From positions 1 through 64,000 of the forward strand of contig NIVC01003133.1 in the NCBI GenBank assembly GCA_002269645.1: 64,000 bases of DNA, given 5' to 3'. How positions within the stretch are numbered: position 1 is the stretch's first letter; each line of letters begins with the position of its first letter. The translations under genes were made by a program, and so were the position numbers. Source of the DNA: Macrostomum lignano. Taxonomy: Eukaryota. Below are positions 1-11,331 of the stretch, piece after piece. Under the pieces are notes generated by a model. That model made no database searches. It was given only the letters and a program-made list of their open reading frames with translations, and had not been told where the DNA came from.

Positions 1-29
1 GCCTCATTTTCTTTGCAAGATTAGCACTC

Positions 30-400
30 ACTACGTGGCTTTGTTCCACAGCTTCAACAGAACGTTCAGGCTCTGCTTCAATAGACGGATTTAATGACTG
101 AACCACCAGAAGAGCATGCGATAATTTAACATGATCTTGTACCGTCAAACTGACTATAGCGCTCAATAGCTGTCGAAGAGTGTCCTGTAACACGAGCGAT
201 GTCCTCTCTAGCGAAGCCAGCACGTGTAGAGTACTTGCGCAAGTCTTGCATAGAGACTGATTAGTGTACCTTTTAGTCACTCCAGTTAGGGGAGCAGTTA
301 AGTCACGAACAATACCGTCCCAGCCGTACCGGCCGACGGGTGACTACCAGCAGCAGGATTGGTTGCAGCGGATTCTTTACTTTCAAAATATCTCAACACT
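30..400 (-). pseudogene. Decayed tyrosine recombinase C-terminus (Crypton-like DNA transposon relic)
   Basis: Manual minus-strand translation across two frameshifts and a stop gives W*SPVGRYGWDGIVRDLTAPLTGVTKRYTNQSLCKTCASTLH/AGFAREDIARVTGHSSTAIERYSQ/TVQDHVKLSHAL. This matches the Crypton YR pattern WY..PVG...G....YTNHSLR.T....L..AG.....I...TGH.S......Y, with HSLR decayed to QSLC. Confidence 0.6.
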
Positions 401-408
401 AGATCCAA

Positions 409-1499
409 GGTTTACCCCCGATTCGCCGAATTCCCGATTCGCCGAATTCCTGACTCGCGGAATTCCTGACTCGCGGAATTCCTGATTCGCCGAATTCCTG
501 ACTCGCCGAATTCCTGACTCGCGGAATTCCTGATTTGCCGAATTCCTGACTCGCCGATTCCTGCTTCGCCGAAATTCCTGATTTGCCGAATTCCTGATTC
601 GCCGATTACCCCATTGACCGTCCACTCACACACGCACACACACAGGCGAGTCCAAAACGGTGGCAGTGTTGAACACCTCCGCCTCGACCTCGTAGTGCTG
701 AGCTGTCGGAGGCAACGGTGGAACGACCGCGAGTCGAGCGTGGTATGCGGCCGTCTTGACGCTGGAGAACGTGGGCACCGTGGCGAGATCTGCACCCTCG
801 GCAGCATTTGTCGCCACCTGGTCTCGGTAGATCCGTGCAATTGGAAGGGCAGATTCTTGTGCCTGCGCCTTCATTGTCTCGGCAAAAGCTTTGCGCTTGA
901 GAGCGGCGGCCGATGGCGGCGGGTGTTCGTGACTTCCAGACGTCGACGTCACAAACCCGTCTTGAACTTTGACCCGAGAATTGCAGCGTTCCTCTCGGCA
1001 CTTGTAGTAGGAAGCCACCAGACTCTTTTTGTCCACGCGATACAGGTAGCCATCGCGGAGCAGAAGCTGGCCTCCTCGTTCGCTCACTACGAATTCGGCC
1101 CTTTCGGGTGCGGGTCCGGCCTGAGCCATAACTTATGTTGTCTTGAGGTCACTGGCTCACGTGTTGAGTTGTATTTATAAAAGTGTGACTGCCTCAACTG
1201 GAAATCTGGCCCTTATATACGAGCGTGCGGACAGGGCTAGGCAGGAGAGCCTCCAGAGCTGGCCAATCACAACCCGGCCCACCTGGCATGCATCCACTTC
1301 CACCTGTGGCGTCGTACAGTTAGAAACTGGAAGGTTCGGCGAGTCAGGAATTCGGCAAATCAGGAATTTCGGCGAAGCAGGAATCGGCGAGTCAGGAATT
1401 CGGCAAATCAGGAATTTCGGCGAAGCAAGAATCGGCGAGTCAAGAATTCGGCGAATCGGGAATTCGGCGAATCGGGAATCGGCGAATCGGGGGTAAACC
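409..1499 (-). mobile_element. Non-autonomous MULE/Foldback-type DNA transposon with modular TIRs
   Basis: Ends are GGTTTACCCCCGATTCGCCG and its reverse complement. TIRs (~409-611, ~1336-1499) are built of GAATTCCTGA/CGCCGA modules. 9-bp TSD tagatccaa (400-408) / tagatctaa (1500-1508), 1 mismatch. Contains a FLYWCH ORF. Confidence 0.88.
626..1129 (-). CDS. Truncated MULE transposase N-terminus with FLYWCH zinc finger (no DDE domain)
   Basis: GGQLLLRDGYLYRVDK...YYKCREERCNSRV...SHEH fits FLYWCH. It is followed by the MULE-type PTFSSVKTAAYHARLAVVPPLP segment, then ends abruptly at a (CA)-rich junction next to the left TIR. Confidence 0.75.
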   Translation of the reverse strand: MAQAGPAPERAEFVVSERGGQLLLRDGYLYRVDKKSLVASYYKCREERCNSRVKVQDGFVTSTSGSHEHPPPSAAALKRKAFAETMKAQAQESALPIARIYRDQVATNAAEGADLATVPTFSSVKTAAYHARLAVVPPLPPTAQHYEVEAEVFNTATVLDSPVCVRV

Positions 1500-2621
1500 T
1501 AGATCTAAGAGTCGTTTGTCTTGCATAGTAAAATGTTACTATTATGTATGTAGGAGACGAAAAATATTGGATAGAATGCTGCTAGATTCACAACACTATC
1601 CACTCAGTCAAATAGCTTGTGCCATAGACTAACTGTACTGGATGTTGATGCGTCTTTCGGCTTGGCCGAGACGAAGCCGAGGCCTGGATGCGACCATAGA
1701 CTATTAGTGCTTCAGACCATAGACAAAAATAAACGGAAATAATATATTTATACCCCGTTTGGCCATATTTACATAGTAAATTTTAACCATAGAGAAATGT
1801 TGATTTGATAGCGTCAGCTTTGAATCACTTAGTCTTGCTGAAGTCGAAGCTGTCTTAAGAGTGACTTGCCATTGGCAAGTGCAACCGATTATCCGAGTTT
1901 GAGCAAGCTCGATCTCAACTACAAGCTACGTTCTTAAGTGTTTTATCTTAGAGATTCGAAATTAACTATTGTTATCGCTATGGCGCTTCTACGTTGAAGG
2001 ATTTTTTCAGAATGCTGCAATACTACATGTACTTGTTCAACCAATGGTCAATGTGGAGTTGTGCGGGCTGATTGTCTACTTTGATTGAGTTGATCTGTTA
2101 CGACCCGTTGATTCAATTTTAACTGTCAAGCCAAAAAACGGGTTAACAACTGCTGGCTTTTCTAAAACATTATAATCTGTTGCTTGTACATGTATTTGTT
2201 TGAGTACTTTCGTGTGGCTCATTAGTTTGTCTTATTTATTTGGAACGTTTATTTGGCCGGGACAAATAAACGTCTTTTGAATTGGACAATAGATTTATTC
2301 GGCTTCGCCTAGGCCAGAAAAATGCATCCTCGGACTTTCTTTATATGGCATAAATTAACAACATACAGCAAATACCTTTATTTGTTTGACAACTAACTCC
2401 AAAGTTCATTTAAGGTTATTTTTTGTTTTGTTAACGACACAGTTCGCGGTATTCGTGCCTGGTTATTAAAATTACAAACAAATTTGGTAATAAAAAGTCG
2501 TCAACTTTTGCACGTCTTTCAAAACTTTTAAATAGTTTTTTTGCAGGATGCTTCATATTTGCAGGACTGCATCTATATCAGCTCAGTGGACACGAATGTC
2601 ACGAGTAGATTCAATCCGGAG

Positions 2622-2983
2622 ATATGAGTAGAGTCGATTTATGAGACATGAGTAGCGTCGATCCAGAGACATGAGTAGAGTCGATCCAGAGACATGAGTA
2701 GAGTCGATTTATGAGACATGAGTAGAGTCGATCCAGGGACATGAGTAGAGTCGATCCAGGGACATGAGTAGAGTCGATCCAGGGACATGAGTAGAGCCAA
2801 TTTTTATTAGACATGAGTAGAGTCGATTTATGGGACATGAGTAGAGTCGATTTATGAGACATGAGTAGAGTCGAGTAAAGTAAAGAGATATGAGTAAAGT
2901 CGACCCAGAGACATGAGTAGAGTTGATCCAGGGACATGAGTAGAGTCGATCCAGAGACACGTAGAGTCGATCCCGAGAGATGC
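2622..2983. repeat. Minisatellite, 23-bp unit GACATGAGTAGAGTCGATCCAGG
   Basis: About 15 degenerate copies seen directly; the array abuts the GPCR stop codon. Confidence 0.95.
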
Positions 2984-5487
2984 TCACGCGTAGGTTGAGT
3001 GACTCGACTTGTAGACCAGTACCTTAGGCCAGCAACAGCAGGCCTGTCGCCAGACTCGCACCAGTTCCTTCTTACCCAGAAAGAAGAACAGAAAGATGCA
3101 GAATCCTTGGCTGCCATTTCCAATGACGAATATGTACTCCATGACTAGGCGCAAGCTGATGTTAGTCTCTGCGTTGACTAGAAAGACAAAAATACCAACG
3201 ATCCAGGTCAGGCCAAGTAGAAACGTCAGTCCAAGTACCTGGTGCAGCCTTCTAGCCAGGGTACTCTTGGCTTTGGCATTGCTGACGCTGCGTCTGAAGA
3301 ACACCGATGTCAAGCTGACTACTGTTAGTAGAAAGTTATAGGCTAAAGAAGCGCCAAATGGCAATAGAAAAGCCGGTATGAGAAGGTCCTTGACCAACCA
3401 GCAGAGTGAGTAGCGTTGAGCTGTACCAGTGTGAGCCTCAGTATAGTTTTGATAGGGCCAGTAGCCCTGAGAGACCACTGTCCCGAAGGTAAGACCCACT
3501 GCCATTCCGGCCAAGGTTATAGTTACCAATAACGTAGCCTTGAAATAGTGCCGCTGAACCCGGCACTGGAACACATTGGGCCACAAGATTGGCACGGCGA
3601 CGGTCAGGAAGATGTGCGTGCTGAGCGCGTTGCTGCACAAACTAATTGCTAGCAGAGTAAAGTGCAGCGCTGAGGCAACCGTCTGGCAGAGCCAGTGAGG
3701 CTTATCAACAGCTAGACTATTTGTGTAGAACAATAGGAACTGACAGGTGATCAGCACAATTAGCAGGAGGGTAACGCGACTGCTGGTGAGGTCGCGAGAC
3801 TGCTGACAATGCGGAGTGCGCCGCTGAGCAGTCAGAAAGAGAATATAGGAGGCGATCATGAAGATCAAGCAGCCAATTGACAAGCTGGAAGTCACATAGG
3901 TGAGAATTGACATGATGCGTCGGTGCAGGTTTACCTGAGGATCGGCTGCCTGTTCCATCGGTACGAACAAGACGGAGAACGCGGTCAGGTGGTTGCAGGA
4001 GCAAGTGACACTAGCAGCTGTCTCATTGTTCTTCCAGCAACCATCAGAAGACCAATGCTCAGTGCTGACGTTCCAGTAGACGCAAACTGGACGAGAGTTT
4101 TCATGTAGGCCTTTGCACTCTGGCTTCTTTCGAAAAGTGATGTGGACGGGATCTCTCAGTATCGGGGACACAAGTTCTGTCTTAAGATCGACTGTGAATG
4201 AGCCGATGTGAGCCTTTGGAGTGCCGTAGCTACTGTAATAGCGGGTTCGGATGCTTCCATCTTTGGGATTAGCTTCGTTATCGTCATAAAATTCCCTGGC
4301 GTATAGCTGATCGTCAAACAGAGCCACCATCGACCATCTCCCCGAGCTTGTCATACGAACGGGCAGCTGCAGTACAATGTAGTCCTGTGGCAGAGATTGA
4401 ACCGGTCTCTCGTCTACTGGAAAAGTACTCGGAATAACTTCGTGAATGGTGCCATCCTGGCTAGCCCGGACTCGAATCTCCTGATAGACAGGAGACAGTG
4501 TCGAAGCCCCATCGGAGAGTTCAGCATTCTCACCTGCAGTCAGGTTGGTCGTGTCGAAAACCGAAAATGACACGCTGGCGTTGGCGAACGAAATCTGGGC
4601 GTCGGACTGTTCAATTATTGCCACGAATTCTTCCGCTGCCTCGCGGTACAGCGTAGCCCAGGTGGGACTCCGGGGATCGTGCAGTTGAACAATAGCGCCA
4701 AGCATCTTGCTAAAGATGTCCCACGAACAATCCAACAGTTGCATCTGCTTTTTGTTGCAACCGGAAGGATTCTTCTTTGCCAATGGTAGCATGTAGTTGA
4801 GGTTCAGCAACAGAAGAGTAAGGCAGCCTGACACGCTGGAGTTATCGTTGCCGTTTTTCAGCGGATTCTGAAAAAGTCTAATCTGGTCGCAGATTGTGCC
4901 AATGCTTATGTTTGCCGGATGCCCCAGGGCCTTCTCATTTCTAGCAGATTCATGCTAAGCGCCATGCGACACATCACTAAATTTTTCACTAAGTGTTCTT
5001 TAGCTCGTGCCATAACTGTGTATTCTGAATACAGAGTACTTTCATCGCCATAATTCGAGCATTTAACGCCGATACTTTCGTCAAATGGCTCCGCTTGTAA
5101 CTTTACGCCTGGCCGTGGCCTAAAAGCCAGCTGGAAGATGCTAGTCTTAGTCAATGTTAGGTTCCGCCGAACCAAACTGTATTCGAATGCTGACGACGCG
5201 TTCGGCTGCAGTGAAGCCACTTTGCAAACTATGTAGGGGCACGAGCGACTGCGAACGACAAACATCGCAGCTGGAAGCCACCCCGCCGTGGAAGAACTCC
5301 GGCCAGACGTTGCGTTAGTCTCGTTGAAATCGCCAGAATCGACGTCTTGAATAATCGGAACCAGCAGCTCATTGTTGCGATAGTCGGAGATCATTTGAAA
5401 GCCAAGTAATTTGTTTCGTCCAGCCTCGATTTCGCTGTGCAGCGAAGCGTGAACAAGCAGCAGACAGAGTAGCAGTGCTGGCGACAT
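2984..5487 (-). CDS. Adhesion GPCR (signal peptide, GAIN/GPS, 7TM), split into two frames near 4906-4954
   Basis: ATG at 5487 with signal peptide MSPALLLCLLLVHASLHS. GPS motif CVYWNVSTEHWSSDGC...TCSCNHL|TAFSVL, then seven hydrophobic helices ending LGLTWIVG...NGSQGFCIFLFF. The second frame is open from 4954 to 2984. Confidence 0.92.
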
Positions 5488-5673
5488 TGCCACGATTTTC
5501 CTGGGTTGTGTAATTGCAGTGATTTTTTTCAGTGAAATTGTTTTAAGTTTTATTAAAATCGAGAAGTATGGGAGGATAAAATTAAAAATTAGAATATCGT
5601 TGCAGCCAGCTTCCAGCAGAAGTCAAAGGAACCTTGCTGTAGCCTACGACTCTATCGATGGCACCCCTCTATT

Positions 5674-5824
5674 TAGCTGGCGCCCTCTGTAGCTGGCGCC
5701 CTCTGTAGCTGGCGTCCCCTTGTAGCTGGCGCCCCCTCTGTAGCTGGCGCCCCTCTTTTACTGGCGCCCCCTTCTGTAGCTGGCGTCCCATCGTAGCTGG
5801 CGCCCCTGTGTAGCTGGCGCCACC
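5674..5824. repeat. Minisatellite, 16-18-bp unit TAGCTGGCGCCC(C)TCTG
   Basis: About 9 copies, ~190 bp upstream of the GPCR ATG. Confidence 0.9.
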
Positions 5825-7393
5825 TCGCAAGCTTCTTTACTAAATCTGACAGTTTGGAGCAACGAGGGGGTAGTTATCGAAACTAAAACCTACCTTACAG
5901 CCAAGCAAAGAAGTTTTGAATGTATAATTAAAGAGCGCGGGGAACTTACTCAAAAATGTTCTGTCGGAAGAAGGGCCCAGATTTGCCTGTTTGAATTGGC
6001 TTCTCAAAAAGTTGCATTGATGAAAATCATGCTCAGCTATTTATACAATTTCTTTTCGCAAAGACAGCATTTTCGAAGAGAGACCACTACTACAGCTCAA
6101 TCTTTTTCGTCTGGTAAACTAGATTCTCGTAGATAGCTCGTAGTGTTGTAGGGTCAAGTGCTTTGTCAACTGAGGCGGATTTTTAATTTACTCCCCGAGA
6201 AAAACTTCTGATTGTCACGACTGTTTTTTTTACACGTTCAGGATAAACTCTAAAAATGATTTATGAAGTAGCTACCTGATAGGAATTTGTCCATATCAGT
6301 AGGTTCCCATGGTTCCCATTTCATTGTGACGTTGACGTTTCATCTGAATTCTCCAATTGTTCTTTCATTGTTCACTAAAATATTGAGTGTGCATCTTAAT
6401 TATATTTGTTATTTGTATTTATAACAAAATTATAATTATAATTAACTAAGGCATTTATAACATTTATAAATATAAATGATGTATCTATTTGTTATAATTT
6501 TAATTATAATTTCATCCCTAAATAAATTAATAATTAATAATTATTTAATGAATTAATTAAAATTATAACAAATATATATTTATACCGTATCATTTATATT
6601 TATAAATGTCAAATTTATTGGCGGTGACTAACAATACTTTGTTTCAGTGTATTAATGTCGCCGAAAGTCGGTATATTTAAACGGTTGAATTGTGTGGCTT
6701 CGTAGTCTTTGGAGGTCGTATGCTACAGCCATATACATGTAGCTAACAAGTTGATAACTATATAACATCGATCGACCGAAAACCAAAGTCGCATCGCATC
6801 CAATCAAGTACATTGTATTCTCACTAAAGGTCATCACCTCCGAAGCCGTGCCATTAAAAAATTTGTGATTCGTTACCTTGTCTGCTTAGCATCAGTACGT
6901 TAATTACTACCACAATCAGTGTCTGTGGAAAATACAAATTTACAAATTGCTTGCGCGCACTAGTTGACCTAGCAGCCCGTCAGCACACGAACTCTCACGT
7001 CAGATATTAGTCAAATCATAAACCACTTGTCGGACAAATTACAAGTGACAAATCGGCAAAACGTGACCACATATGCTCGAGTAAACCCCAACCTGACAAA
7101 TATAATGATTTTACTTCAAATGAAATTGCTTTGAAAACTTTAAAGACGAACGAGGCAATTAATATTTAATATAAATTTAACTCAGAAATTTAGCTCATCT
7201 TTGTATTATAATCAAACGTACAGTATTCAATAACAAACTAAACCGATTCAGTAAAAAACAGCCATTATTGAAACAAGTTGGACACCTACATTCATCACAG
7301 TCTCGTGTAGTCACAATACAATACATTAGTTTACATTACAAAAACGGTCAATTTCTCACATCTGAGAGCCGGTCCTCTACGACAGAATTTCCT

Positions 7394-10300
7394 GGGTCGT
7401 TCTCAAAGCTAGGTCACAACTTTTTGTTATTGCAAAAAAAGTTTATACATCGACCAATAATCGTACAAAAAAAATTCTTTCGACAATTTCTGTAAGAAGC
7501 TGCTACTAAAACCACAAGAAAACTTGAAATTGACAAGAAATCAAGGCTATTTGTTATTCTTTGTTGCGGAAAATAAACGACAAAAATATTAAAGAGAAAA
7601 TAAAATTTTCTTCTATTTTTATTTTAAATATGCAGTTAAATTTCTTTTGCAAAAATAAAAGAACAAGAAATTGACAAAGGAAATGTTTTTGAGCACAGCA
7701 TTTTGTTACTCTGCTCTAAATCCCAGACATTTAAAATTATCGTGTGCGAAAAAGTGCGAAATTATTATAGCATGCACTCGAAAGGACTTCGATCAGTTTA
7801 ACTAATCACTGAATTAAGAAGTCTAAATAAGTCTTGAAAGGTTGAATTAAAAATCAAGTTTTCACTATGTATCTTTTCAAAGTTAAGATGATTCGACAAA
7901 TAAAGAATGTTCATTTTTATGGTTAATAGAATTGTTTTCATTTTTACATTAAATATAATAAAATCTAACTAATAATAGAAAAAGTCAGGGAACTATCCTT
8001 GAACACCAAAAAGCACATTGTGAATTTAATATCGACTGCATGTTCCTTAATAAAGGAATTCGGATACTAGTATATATTTGATTATTTGTAGCATAATTTC
8101 TGAAAACTATAACTTGCTTGATTTTACTTTAAGTACTTATTACATTAATACTTATACCAAAGCTACATGTACTTAAAATAAAAAATTATAGTTACTTATT
8201 AGACATTTTACTCCAATTAACTTAAAATAATTCAAATTTATTTTAATTAATTCATTTTTTGAAACTTTTTGGAAAATAGACAAAATTGAATTATTTAATT
8301 ACCAAAAACCTACTAGCTTAACTAAAATAGCAATTAGTCTTTAAGAAAAGATTTCACTTGTTAATTGAGAAAAATGAGGATGTGCGAGGTGTAAAAATGC
8401 GAAAGAGCATGCAGGAAACAGAGACAAACAAAAATGTAGGTAAAAGACACTGCACATGCACATAATATGATAACCAGACATAATGCGCACACTGAAACAC
8501 CAGTAGCAATGACGCCCAAGCTTTTGATGATCACAAGTGAAAAGGCAAAACCCAGCCATCTAATCAAAGAAGTAGACTATAGCACGCATATTGAGTGCAT
8601 CACGCATTTTTTGCAGAGAAGCTCGAAAATTAACATTGTATTCTGTGCACAACCACCAACTGCGACAGGGTCTGCCGGGGGATTTGTGGGCACGCGGTCG
8701 CGGATACAAATCGGAGGAGTCGCTGACCATTCTGAAATTACTAGCTAGCACATGTAATTTTGTGTATTAATATATTTAGCCCGCTTTATTTCTATGCTCT
8801 CGTCCGCCTCTCGTTAATGCATCCCCAGACTCATGCAAAAATTAAACTTATGATCGAACTATGCATGGCTTCCGTCCCTCGCTTTGAATCTCTCACCTCC
8901 CCATAGTTCCATCAACCTTACCGTAGTGGCTTCCTATGCAAAAATCATCCCTCCGCATCTTACACAGGCTACTTCAGGCTGTAGACTGTACTACACTATT
9001 AATTAGTTGCGCTAAGGAATCTACATGTATTTTGATCGCAGCGCAGCGCGCTGCTCAAAGAAGTTTAGATCTATCTAGATATTCTAGTAATTTCAGGTTT
9101 GTCCATAGACTAGAGCTCATGAGATGAGAATTCCATTAACTAGTACATTTAATATGAATGAACAGCGTGTGTGTGTGCTGTGCATACATATGTATAATAT
9201 ACGAGTAGTTTATGGGCCAAATTATTGTGTGGCACAATTCTTGGCATCACTCAGCAGGCACAAGATGCAGTTAAGCAGCGCACGAAAATTCTACAAAAGA
9301 AATTGAGCCTGGTTGAGGTGATGCGAGGAGGCAGATCCACACAATCTCAGTGAATACACCAGACTGCACCAGATACGAGTCCAGTCGAATGTGCGCACTG
9401 GTCTAAGCAGCACACGCATGTCCTTCTGACAATGACGGCACCTAGCTTCGTCCAAGCCTTTGCCAGCGTCACTGACAGCGTCAATACTACCATGCAGTGC
9501 CACCTGCAGCACCGACAACGGCAATTCCTCCAGTTAGCCCACAACAGTGGCTAAACTGAGGGACAGGGAACCTACCCACAGAAGACACACACATACACAC
9601 ACAGCACCGGCAGCAGCATTCTGACAGCATAACCTAAAGCTCCATGAGCTCAGTTTTCAAGCATTGAAGAAGCAGAAGCAGTCATCTTGGATCCAGGGAT
9701 CAGGAAGAGTGTTGCATGTCCGACATGTGCTGTTTCCGTGGCAAAAGGTGATGGAGCAAATTAATCAACACTTACTATCTAGCTCGTATTAAGACTAAAA
9801 AACTGAGGCAAGCTGGGATTAAACCAAAGAAAATTTTTTACTATACTTTTTTACCATATACTTTTACTATACTTCTATAGTATAGTAGAGAGGTACTCTA
9901 TTTAAATGCAGTAAGAAGTGAAACAAATTTATATATTTAATTATTAAATTAAATTAATTCAAGGTAAATAACTAATTTAACCAATTTATTAGGAGTATTT
10001 ATTATTATAATAAATTGATTTTTATACCTTACACGAAATAAGCTCTACATTCATTTCTTAGCTTGGGGCCCATCTGTATAAGGTCAGTTTCTTCAAAATG
10101 CTGATTAATTAATTAAGGCCTGTTGTCTTTACTTAAATTTATAAGGGCATCTTAGAAGTTAATATTACTATATAATACAGGTATAATAGTATTACTATAT
10201 TATAATAATATAGTTGCAATTTTAATGACTATTGAATAAGTTTAAATGCTTCCCCTATTGACTCTAAATATATGGTATCTTTCCCTTCAGAAAAAATTAG

Positions 10301-11193
10301 CATAGAATGACTTGATGAAAACAAAAAAAATCATTTCGAGATACACATTTGCTGATCATTCAGGTCAAATTTCAAGGTCCAGTTTTGCACATGTTTCTCT
10401 GTAGCTTGGTTACAAGGATTTTAATAAAAATATAATAAATATGTCCAATGAACTAACTGATACATAGCCAAATTGAAGTATTTTCAAAAACAAAAAAAAT
10501 CATTTGCTCAGTTTACTTTACTGGATATCTGTGTAAAATTTCAGCTCAAAAGGTGCTCCATGGAGAATGCTAGTGTGGTTACAGGATATTTATTTTGTGC
10601 TTCAAAGTAGGAGTTAATTGCGATGCATGGTTGCTTTTAATTATTTTTATCAATAATAGTGCTCTATTTCATAACAATTTTTTACAAAAAGATAATAAGA
10701 CATGTTTTTCTAATTATCTGCATCAAAATGTATCATTTTAAGCGCACATTCTAGACGTCAGCTGAAAAATACATTTTGTGAGACGCAAAGAGGCTATCCC
10801 ACCGGAAATGCTAGGCGTCCAGTTAGCGTCTATAAAATCATTTATAGTGCAGTTTATTGAGCTTTAAAAAATTCTTAAATTAAATTTATATAAGCTTTCA
10901 TTTTAAATGTAATATAGCAAGGTTTCAACACAACAACAACTTTTTTAGCTACAGACATCTTGTAGTATCAAAAATTAACATCGGTGAAATGATTGAATTT
11001 GAATTTTTTCATCGCTAATTATCGCTTAATACCGCCAGATGATTAAAAACACTTTTGCATGATAAAGTTCAACCCAAAAATTATCTTTATTCACAGATAA
11101 AAGTGTCCTATTATTTTGAATATGGCAGTAACAATAGTAAATGTTCGGAAAATTGTTAAAATTTTTGCTCCTTCTAGAATTTGCGAACGACCC
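7394..11193 (+). mobile_element. 3.8-kb non-autonomous DNA transposon, copy 1 (short TIRs, 4-bp TSD; Sola2-like termini)
   Basis: Ends GGGTCGTTCTCAAA ... TTTGCGAACGACCC. Flanked by tcct/tcct. Near-identical reverse-complement copy at 27183-30989. No transposase ORF. Confidence 0.85.
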
Positions 11194-11331
11194 TCCTCTA
11201 CGCAAGACAGTACGATTCAAAATAATTAAAAAAAAGTTACAAATACACCAGCAAATAAAACAAAATTTAAAAGAACGACCAAGTCAAAATAGTAAAAAAA
11301 AATAATAACAGCCGGAGACCACCAGTCGAGA

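Noticed and set aside
1620-1795. Recurring CCATAGA(C) motifs (also ~39250-39355 and an inverted pair at 60214-60305)
   Set aside because: Probably MITE termini, but I could not pair ends or find TSDs.
5674-5824. Tandem CTCF-like sites (GCGCCCCCTCTG)
   Set aside because: Only a partial motif match, and CTCF is reported lost in flatworms; treated as a plain minisatellite.
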